From Octopus vulgaris (taxonomy: Eukaryota): a stretch of DNA of 64,000 bases. The stretch lies in the NCBI GenBank assembly GCA_951406725.2, contig OX597825.1, positions 70,184,001-70,248,000 of the forward strand. Reading direction: 5' to 3'. A program made the translations under genes and the position numbers. This document shows positions 53,829 through 64,000 of this stretch, piece after piece. Under the pieces are notes generated by a model. That model was not told the origin of the DNA. It ran no database searches and was given only the letters and a program-made list of their open reading frames with translations. The stretch's first letter is position 1, and every line of letters starts with the position of its first letter.

Positions 53829-54490
53829 AGATGGTGTGGCCATATTGTTCGAATGGCGGATGGACGCTAGCAGAAACAGCTATTTTATGGTGAGATTGAA
53901 GAGGGGAGACACTATCGGCTTAAACCTGAAAAAATGTTCTAAGGGCGGCATAAGAACTACTATCAAGTCACTTGGAATGGATCTAGAAGAAACCCTTGCT
54001 CTGGATCGATTTGGATCTCGAACAAAAGTGTGAAGTGGAGTGAAAGCATTTGAAGAGGCCAGGATAACGCATGTAAGACTCAAAAGAGATCTAAGGAAGA
54101 ACGTTACGATCGAGAAAGTGAGTGACAATGACCTTTTTGTGTGCAGAGTTTGTGACAGACCATACCTTTCTTTTGCTGGGCTCAAATCTCATCTGCGAAC
54201 CCATGGAAAACGAACCTCCACCAACTATTCTGCCTATATGTCTGTTCACACCTTTGACTGCAGTGTATGCCAGAAGGTTTGCATATCTAACGGAGGCCTC
54301 AAAAGACATATTAAGATCTACAGAGATCAGGACTTATCTGTAGCTCTTGGTGGTCCAAATCAGGTGTGCAAGCTATGTGTCTTTTCAGAACATTCTCTAG
54401 TTTAAAAAGCCACATCAGATGCCATGATGGTGCTAAGGTTGTAGGTACAGGGAGATGGTCAAACTCTGCTTAAGGAGTAGACAACCACCA
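53829..54490 (+). mobile_element. RTE-clade LINE 3' fragment with three C2H2 zinc fingers, between (TA)n tracts
   Basis: RWCGHIVRMADGR*QKQLFYGE..ETLALDR..GVKAFEEAR; CRVC..LKSHLRTH, CSVC..LKRHIKIY, CKLC../LKSHIRCH. Confidence 0.88.
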
Positions 54491-54616
54491 TATATATATA
54501 TATATATTTGAAAGTCTATGAGAATTACTTAATACAATTTTGAAGTGTAAGAATTACTTTTTAAAATACACACACACACACACACACACATATACATACA
54601 TGTACATGTATATATG

Positions 54617-54648
<32 letters not shown>

Positions 54649-54651
54649 ATG

Positions 54652-54685
<34 letters not shown>

Positions 54686-54688
54686 ATG

Positions 54689-54728
<40 letters not shown>

Positions 54729-55057
54729 GTATGTATGTATGTATATATATATGTATATATATGTATATATATACATATATATACATATATATATAATGGA
54801 TGTTTATTGTCTATGCATTCCGGTGCTGCAAGGGTTTTATTTTGGTAATGTGTACCTAAAAGTATTTATTTCTATGTGTATACATCTTTATGTGTATGCG
54901 TGTCGCGGGATGGGGGTCATAACACAGTTGTTTCATGCGCATGCGTCACTTTGCCTTTTTTTTCCCCGCTGTGTTTGCTTAAAATATTTATGCTTAAGGG
55001 ATTTACTTTAATTGTGCGTGAGGGAACTTTTACGTAGGCTTACATACACATATACAC

Positions 55058-55147
<90 letters not shown>

Positions 55148-55344
55148 GCAATGATACACATATATCAATATAAACCTATATGTCCATATATGCTTCTCGT
55201 TAGGGGTGTTGTTGACAGAATTTACCGAACACATTGAAAATATCACTATGTAAAATACACATATGCGCGGACGCTGATGAGCTAATTGACAGCCTACAGA
55301 AATGACTGCCTATATATCTAAATAATTTGTACAGAAATTCTCAA

Positions 55345-55980
55345 AATAGACACAATTTCATGATAGAAACACAATATTCAGAGTGTATATTATCAGGAAG
55401 CAGACACAGTATGTATATATGTTATCAAGAAATCGCCACTACTTTAATTTATTTTTTGGCATTATTGATACCGTGTGTATCCTACAAATATATAGACACA
55501 GCATGAAGTTTTACCCACAAAGATAAAGTCTATGTATATTTCCAACAGATATAATGTGTATGTTTTTAAAAGAACAAGAAGCAGTGTTTATATTAGCCAT
55601 TATATACACACTGACTTCATATATTATCTAACTGTAGCTATTACAGACAGTGTGTTTAATATCAACAAATTATTAGTTTGTATTTTTATCACCAATGCTA
55701 CGCTGTGTATATATGTTTTCAATAAATAGACGCAGGATGTTATATTGTTAAAGGAATATACACTATACGTATATCATACGCAAATTGAGTTACTGACTAT
55801 ATATATATCTAACAAAATGGACACTGACTATATATTATCAACTAAAGAGACACATTTTTTATATGTCTACAAAATAGACAGAATGTGTATATATTTACAG
55901 GAAACACGAAGATATATATGTTCATAGAAAGAAAGATATATTTTTTTGAATGTTCATAAAATAGATATTGTATATATGCT
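55345..55980. repeat. Highly decayed ~28-32-bp minisatellite
   Basis: Recurring aaatagacacagtgtgtatatattatcaa-like units. Confidence 0.55.
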
Positions 55981-56636
55981 TGAACAGCTGTAAGATCCAT
56001 TTTATATTTATATGTATTGTTCTTATGGTATTATCTTACTCATTGATGTGTACTGTTTTATTCTGTATTATTCTGTTTGATCTGGATGTTCCTAAATAAT
56101 TAGTTAATAAATTATATGAATTGGTATTATCTCGTAGTTGATGATTGATTAAAATCTATTCCTCCATTTTCTTATTTTGTATATATATATATATATATAT
56201 ATATAGGGGGAGGAATTCACAAAAAAAAAACAAAAGACGAAGACAGGTGGTGTAGACAACAAACAGGTGTATTAGTATGACCCTCGGGAAGCGAAAAAGT
56301 CTTTAACGTTTCGGGCCTACGCTCTTCCACAGAAAGGAACACTGTGTATGGTTCAGCAGAAAGATCTTCAGCACTCATTCTGTCAAGCTGACTTTTAAAG
56401 AGGCTGCAATATTAGCCAGCATAACTTCATCCTGAAGTGAAACTATGAAAGTCTGGAAAAGTTTATGACGGATTCCGGACTTTTAATTTTCCAGAGAAAC
56501 TGCGAAAAATTTATATGTAAAACACGCAAATAATTCCTTCATGAAAATATTAAGATCAGGACAGTTCTGTAATTAATGCATGTCTAAGAGAAAATCTATT
56601 TTCCATACATACTTGTAGAAACACACACACACACAT

Positions 56637-56751
<115 letters not shown>

Positions 56752-57170
56752 TGTATGTATGTATGTATGTATAATTACATGTATCATTAATATTTGGCAG
56801 AATCAATAGAGTGACCCAAGGGTCAACGCACGGAACTCTCAACTCTTGAGTTCCTCTGTTGCTTCTGCTAAATATTAATAAAAATATACATATATTCATA
56901 TTTTGTGTTCTAGATTTCCTGTTTGCATCATCATATCGAAATGTGTGTGTGCTTACGTGTGTGTATATGTGTGTATACATATAAGACATTGTAGATCTTT
57001 AGCTGGGCTAAAAAGACACGTTTGATCACAGCACCAATAACAGTTAAGCTTCGTGCAATGGCCATACTCGATATCGAGGGGGCAGCCATCATAAAGTGAC
57101 CTATGGAATAATGTTATTTACATAATAAATATATTATATTACGAACATGAACACACGTACACAGATATAC

Positions 57171-57207
<37 letters not shown>

Positions 57208-57652
57208 TGAATATGCTATCCACACTAACAAAAGAAAGATTTTAAAAGAGAAGCAGAAAGAGAACTACTATTTGGTTCAATCCTCCTTTTAACCTAACAT
57301 TAGCCTCGCCCATATCTCGAATGTTGTTCCAACAAATTAAGGACCAGTTTACAACAGCACGAATATTACCAAATTTTTAACAGAAATGCGTTACTGTTAG
57401 TCATTACTGAAAAAATATTTGCAAACACACATATATACATACATGTGTGTCCGTGCATGCGTGTGTTTGGGTACGTGTATGTGTGTATATCTAGGAAATC
57501 TATAGACTTTAAATTAATTAATTTAGTGCTTGAGTTCTGTATACATATGCATTACGCGAAAACATATGCATAAACGTATAGTCTCTGTAAAAGAAAATCA
57601 TATTACACTCTCGTTAAAAGACATGTTCAATCATATTTACACAAGCATACCC

Positions 57653-57696
<44 letters not shown>

Positions 57697-58210
57697 CACA
57701 TACACATATATGATTCACACAATACAGTCGCTAATTCTTAAAACGACTCCATTTTTTTTAATGGCTCCCAACATAAACACACTACTCATATCCTTGTTAA
57801 AAAAATAAAATGAAATAAAATATAATAAACTTCAGTTTTAAAAAGAAAGGGAAGAGTCAAAACAATGACAGCCACAGCATTTTGCAGTTAAGGGTGGGTT
57901 CATTGGTGGTCTGGTTGTAATACCAGGGTAGAATAGTCAAAACATTCTTTGTAATCTTATCCAAAGTGATGACGACATGTTTCGTCATCTACCAGACAGT
58001 TTTCAGTCTCCAGAATTTCAAGGCTCCTCTTTGGCGGATATTACCGACTAGTTCAACTGCAAAGCCCCAAACCTTTCCTCCCTTATCTTTAGTCCGCATT
58101 TGTTCTTACATTGTGTAAATATACACATACAAATGTACATACATAACAACATAGATATGCAGAGTTAGATTAATTACCTGCAGTACATACAAACATGCAT
58201 ACATGCACAG

Positions 58211-58250
<40 letters not shown>

Positions 58251-58563
58251 ATACATATACATACACATATACATATATATATACATATATATCAGTACAA
58301 ATATACATAGAAAAACATACACACACACACGTACACACACATACATACACACACAAACACACACACACACACACACATACACACACACATATATATATAC
58401 ATGCGTAGAATATTATACGCATGTATTACAATTTTTCTGAATTTTCAGATTTTTCTATATGCTAGGCTACAGGTTTTAAATTGATATTAATTAAATTAAT
58501 ATTCAATTTATCATCCTCATTATTTAAATTTTATATAATGAACCTCGCTAAGTTAAATATTTA

Positions 58564-58632
58564 AACCACCTGAAGAATGACTGTAACTCGAAACTTTTAA
58601 GAATTGGACAGCCATGAAACGATCGTAGTGTT
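58564..58632 (+). ncRNA. Type I hammerhead ribozyme, canonical core
   Basis: cac CTGAAGA atgactgt-loop-acagccat GAAAC gatc GTA gtg. Confidence 0.72.
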
Positions 58633-59145
58633 ATACTAATTATCTTTTTTAATAATTTTGATATATATTTAAATAATATAAATTAATTAATCTTATGTAT
58701 TGGCTTAAGTTTTTCATTCATTTGCCTAATAGTGGTTTTATCTCTAATTTAATATAATATATATATATATATATATTGTTGTATTTCGGAATGGTCATTT
58801 GGCTATACTGGCAAAACAATATCTGTTTCAACACACAATTTCACATAAAAAGTCTTGCACAACAAATATATAAACGTATATATATATATGACAAGCATTT
58901 ATGCGCCAAGTTATGCATAGGTATACACACATGCATACACATATTTGTTATATGTAGCACACTGTAGAGTATATCAGAAATTTAATGAATTTATTTATTA
59001 GAAAGCCTCCCTGTGGGTGAAGTATAAATGTAAACAGATTCTTTCTATACTATAATAGTGCAGAGAAAACGAGACAGGCTGTTTAGTGGTTTATTGACTG
59101 TAAGGGAAGACATGATCGGTTTCCTTTTCCAGTCAATGGCATATA

Positions 59146-59298
59146 CCAGGTGTTATATAAAGCAATCATGACCAAGTACTATATAAAGCAGTCATGACCA
59201 GGTGCTGTATAAAGCAGTCATGACCAGGTGCTATATACAGCAGTCGTGACCAGGTGCTAGATAAAGCTGTCATGACCAGATGCTATATAAAGCAATCA
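59146..59298. repeat. 26-bp minisatellite x~6
   Basis: ccaggtgctatataaagcagtcatga repeated with variants. Confidence 0.93.
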
Positions 59299-59433
59299 CC
59301 ATGATGGACAAATTAACTTGCATATTTATAGTTTTTGATGGCTTAATAGGATTTAAATTATATTCTGTTTTATTTTACGTAAGGTAATTAGAAGAATTAA
59401 AATGTAGATATTACACAACCTCACTATGGGTGA

Positions 59434-59520
<87 letters not shown>

Positions 59521-60033
59521 AAGAAGAAGAAGAAGAACAACAACAACAACAACAACAACAACAAGAAGACATAAGCATCATTCTACCACCACCACAACCA
59601 CCACCATCACTACTACCACCGCCTCTTTGCAAGTACCGCTATCCTCAGCAGCGACACCACCTTTGGCAAACACCGCTTTCACTAACACCACCACCAGCAG
59701 CGTCACCGCAACGACCAAAACCACCAAGCTATGACTCATTCAGTACAAATTACTGATGGAAAAACTTACATTCTCGTTACACAACATCGTTGTCGTCCTT
59801 GCTACTGTTGATGCTGCTGTTGATGCTGTTGTTGTTGTTGTTGGTGTTACCGTCGTCGTCGTCGTGGCTGTTGTTTGAATATCATAATGCGTAACTCCTA
59901 CTCCTTTTTAATATATTTCTTCCCCCCTTCTTCAAGCCATGGTACCACCGTAGTTAATTCCCACGGTCCTCTTCCGAAAAAAAAAATTTGTACCAACCAC
60001 TACAACAACAGCAACTACTACTACTACTACTAC

Positions 60034-60078
<45 letters not shown>

Positions 60079-60151
60079 TGATGATGATGATAATAATAAT
60101 AAAAATAATAATAATGATGATGATGATGATGATGATGATGATAATAATAAT

Positions 60152-60204
<53 letters not shown>

Positions 60205-60249
60205 TGATGATGATGATGATGATGATGACAATAAGGTCAAAAACCGAAC

Positions 60250-60500
60250 AGAAGATAGCGAGTTTAGAATTTTAAGCAATTTCTCCTCTTCTAAGGACCG
60301 AATGCTGGAGCTGGGGCATTGCTGTTCTAGCAACTGCAATTCTACGGTCCAAATCAGCTTCCTGCTTCCCATCACCCGTGAATACGGCTCCGAGATATTT
60401 AAACTTCTCCACTTGTCTCAGTAATGCTCCACTAACATGGAAAGACTTTCTTGAGAGGGCCAGTGTCTCTGTCTTTGCAATACTAATTCTCATTCCTGTC
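60250..60500 (-). mobile_element. RTE-clade LINE reverse transcriptase fragment
   Basis: GMRISIAKTETL..LRQVEKFKYLGAVFTGDGKQEADLDRRIAVARTAM. Confidence 0.88.
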
Positions 60501-60523
60501 TTGTGTGTGTGTGTGTGTATGTA

Positions 60524-60575
<52 letters not shown>

Positions 60576-61000
60576 TGTGTGTGTATTATATCCGTTCTTC
60601 CATTCTGTGTTGAGTGTTTAGTCATTCAATATCCTTCTCACACCGTCCTTTTGGCCAGTTAAACAATCAGTTAATCAATTAATTAATCATTTAGTCCGTC
60701 AGTCGTTTAGTCAATTGTCTGTAAATCCGTACATAGATCAGTCAATCAGTTTATCAGTCAATCAATTATGTGATCAATAAATCATTCAGCGAATTAGTCG
60801 ACAACGAGTTGTCGACAGCAGGATTAACAGCTTCAGAAGAGTTGGTACGAATTCGTTTGAAGAACGAGAGTCTAGTTCCAGTCGTTTATATTATTAATGC
60901 AGCTAGACGACCGTCTGGACACAGAACCTCTTCTGACAATGGAGACAAACAAACACACACACAAAATCTTTCACACACACACACACACTCACTTACACAT

Positions 61001-61387
61001 GTGGGAAGCACTCCGTCGGTTACGACGACGAGGGTTCCGGTTGATCCGATCAACGGAACAGCCTGCTCGTGAAATTAACGTGGAAGTGGCTGAGCACTCC
61101 ACAGACACGTGCACGCTTAACGTAGTTCTCGGGGATATTCAGCGTGACACAGAGAGTGACAAGGCCGGCCCTTTGAAATACAGGTACAACAGAAACAGGA
61201 AGTAAGAGTGAGAGAAAGTTGTGGTGAAAGAGTACAGCAGGGATCACCACCATCCCCTGCCGGAGCCTCGTGGAGCTTTTAGGTGTTTTCGCTCAATAAA
61301 CACTCACAACGCCCGGTCTGGGAATCGAAACCGCGATCCTATGACCGCGAGTCCGCTGCCCTAACCACTGGGCCATTGCGCCTCCAC
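61001..61387 (-). mobile_element. SINE family C, tail type 4
   Basis: Near-identical to 41525-41911. Confidence 0.9.
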
Positions 61388-61560
61388 TCACATACACATA
61401 CACACACAGACACACACATACTCACAAGTGCATATTTCTGCACTGTGTGCAGAAACATCCGCATAAAGATAGAGAGGGTGGGAGAGTGTCACATTACAGT
61501 TTATTGGTTGAACACGATTGATATATATATACTTTCCCACTCTTCACACACGTAAATAGA

Positions 61561-62407
61561 AATATACTCACACATAAAAATTAAAAAAAAACAGAAAGTG
61601 TGGGAGAGAACGAGAGAAACAGCAAAGCACCACATGTCAAAAATGTCAAAACAGTGCGCTTAAAGGTCTCTTATCCTTCACCTCACCAGCAGAAAGTTTG
61701 AGAGCAGCTTCGTGGCATTTTTTTACACATTGCTGGAATTAGGTGCGAGAAAAACACGCTGAACTAAGATCTCTTGGAATGATAACTGGAATGTTAGTTG
61801 GTGAATTATGTCTTTCAAAGCTCACAGATCTGCTGGTTTCTTCGTCATCTTTGTTGTGTGAACACCCCTCAGACGATAAGTAGGCTAGTCCAATACGTAT
61901 AAATAGTGGACGTGGTAGCTAGTCGTAGAAGCGTCGCGTAGAGCGAGCCGGAGCCGTCGAGTTCTGTAGAGTCGAGTCGTCGGAAGTGAGAGTTCGGTGG
62001 TTGAGTAGAAGTACGTTATTGGTGAAGAGACGCCATCCGAAGGTGCGAGATAACAATCCTTGATTTTAAATAGTACAAAACTTCTGCATCTGCGCAACAT
62101 AACGCCAAAAAACGTTTCTTGCTTAATTTACGACAAGACATAGAGGTTTAGAACGTGGTCGACGTCATTATCGAAGAAGTAATATGTAAGTTAAATAAAA
62201 AGAATATGAAAAGCTATGAGATTCGCGGAAGCTATAAGATGTCGCATGAGCACCCACCTCTGAGCGCAATGCTGCACTCAAATTTTCTGCTGGTGAGGTG
62301 AAGGATAAGAGATCCTTCGGCGCACAGTTTTGACATATTTGACATGTGGTGCTCTGATGTTTCTCTCGTTCCCTCCCACACTTACTTTGTTTTTGCGTGA
62401 GTATATT
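61561..62407. repeat. ~140-bp inverted repeats (61561-61708, 62271-62407) enclosing a CpG-rich cassette
   Basis: aatatactcac...aagtgtgggag.gaacgagagaaaca.ca.agcaccacatgtcaaa.atgtcaaaac.gtgcgc...tctcttatccttcacctcaccagcagaaa.tttgag.gcagc in both orientations. Confidence 0.9.
61890..62191 (+). promoter_or_regulatory. Putative Pol II promoter and first-exon-like segment
   Basis: ccaat 61890, tataaata 61898-61905, CpG-dense stretch, donor-like gtaagt 62186-62191; motif evidence only. Confidence 0.35.
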
Positions 62408-62739
62408 CATATAGCAGAAACGGCTGTAAACTCACGAAAGTGACTGCGTAATTCCTGCTCCTATTGTTATTCGTTAATTGATATTTGTGTGTGTATGTTA
62501 ATATATATATATATATATTTTTTTTTATCTAGTTTCAGCTCACGAGCTATGGCCATGCTGGGGTACCGCCATTTGATATATATATATATAATAAAAATGA
62601 AAAAATACACATTTAGTACAGGACATCATCAATGAGCGAAAAATACGTAAACACACAACGAGAGACAAGTACGGCACAAAGTACTAAAAGAAGTCTAACT
62701 CCTCCTCAGTTGTCGACTGTTTATTACTATCTGTTTCGT

Positions 62740-62812
<73 letters not shown>

Positions 62813-63489
62813 CGGATGGTATTATTAAAATACCATCACAGGTGGTAAGCGAATTATCAGCCGTACAGGCAAATTAATATAATATATGCATACAATATTA
62901 GATATGTACATATATACATAAGGGTACTACATGAGTACCTATATCGCTAATGATAGAAGTCAAAAAATACTTCTGTACCACCGAATAGTCACAAATCCAT
63001 TACAGACAAGATAGGAAAAAATATGTATATATATGCGAGTGAGTGACCAAACGAAAGAAAAGGGAACTCAACAGATATAGTGGGAGTTACATGTATCATT
63101 GAATACAGTTTGATAGGTTTCTTAAAGTTTCAAAGCCCCTAACAGCGCTTATCTTCGGGCCAGTGATGTGTAAGTCTATATGGATATGCATACGCCCGCA
63201 TGCACTAACACTCATACATACATACATACATACATACATACATACATACATACATACATACATACGTACATACGTAAAACCATAGTGAAAAGTTAAAAAC
63301 TGGGGTCTTTATCAGTAACAGTTAGACACTCAGACAGACAGGCAGGCAGACACACAGACAGGAAATAGTGTCGGTAAATACAATAAATACACTGATTTAA
63401 AATACCAACTGACATACAAACACACAGCAGTCTCCAGAGCCACAGCCATCACCAAGCACCCACGTCTGACCCTTTCTCACTTATCTCCT

Positions 63490-64000
63490 GTCCATCTTTC
63501 TTTCTTTGTTTTTTTTTCTTTCTTTCTTTTTTCCTTCTTCCATCGTAATTCCTCCTTACGTAATTTATCTTCATATTCTTTTCTTCCTTCCTTTTCTTGC
63601 TCCCATTTCTTCTCTCCCTAGTTTCGTTCTTTTTCCTCCTCTCTTTCTTTACTTCCTTCCTGTTTATATATCTTTCTTTAGTTTCTTTCTTCCTTCGCTT
63701 CTTTCTCTCCTCCTTTCCTTTCTTCTTTCCCTCCTTCCTTCCTTCCTTCCGGTCTCTCTGTAATCCCACCATTTCTTTCATCCTCTCTCACCTTTCCTTC
63801 CTCTCTTCCCTCCTGTCTCAGTATCTTTCCTTTCTTCCCTCCTCTCTTCATTCGTTTCTTTCTCTCTTTCCTTGTTTCCTTCCTCTCCTTCAGCCTTTCC
63901 TTCTTTCCTTTCTTCCGTGTTTCTCATTTTCTTCTTACCACCTTCCTTCTTTTCTTCCTTCCTTCTTCGCTGTCTCTTTCCTGCCCTCTCCCGTCTGTTC
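63490..64000. repeat. Polypyrimidine (CT-rich) low-complexity tract
   Basis: Directly visible. Confidence 0.9.

Noticed and set aside
54040-54405. Host C2H2 zinc-finger gene
   Set aside because: Contiguous with RTE C-terminal motifs, with stops and frameshifts; it is a LINE fragment.
55273-55312. ctgatga...gaaa possible hammerhead
   Set aside because: Stem II does not close next to GAAA and there is no stem III or NUH site.
59146-59298. CRISPR-like array
   Set aside because: Contiguous tandem units without unique spacers, in eukaryotic DNA.

Overview
AT-rich, microsatellite-saturated animal genomic DNA. The SINE families and repeat landscape point to a coleoid cephalopod, most likely Octopus (inference). 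One host gene is visible: four minus-strand coding exons (17021-16315, 15315-15172, 12934-12783, 10160-10002; all GT-AG, phases consistent) of a NUDT12/NudC-like NAD(H) pyrophosphatase / NAD-cap decapping enzyme. Its Nudix box has Gln instead of the conserved Glu20 (REILEQVSL), it has no C-terminal peroxisomal signal, and its first (ankyrin) exon is not recognisable in the window. The rest is repeats: three tRNA-derived SINE families, LINE remnants (RTE including one with tandem C2H2 fingers, CR1-like, R4/Dong-like, Penelope-like) and DNA transposon remnants (mariner, Tc1, pogo/Tc2, a hAT MITE, a Merlin-like MITE with telomere-like repeats). The most striking hidden layer is about a dozen type I hammerhead-ribozyme motifs (two with canonical cores, several with a recurrent CCGANGA or U3-A8 variant core) in short, often fold-back, elements sitting in or next to (TA)n tracts. 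This resembles a non-autonomous Penelope/retrozyme-type system. Nearly all ORFs in the supplied track are microsatellite artefacts.
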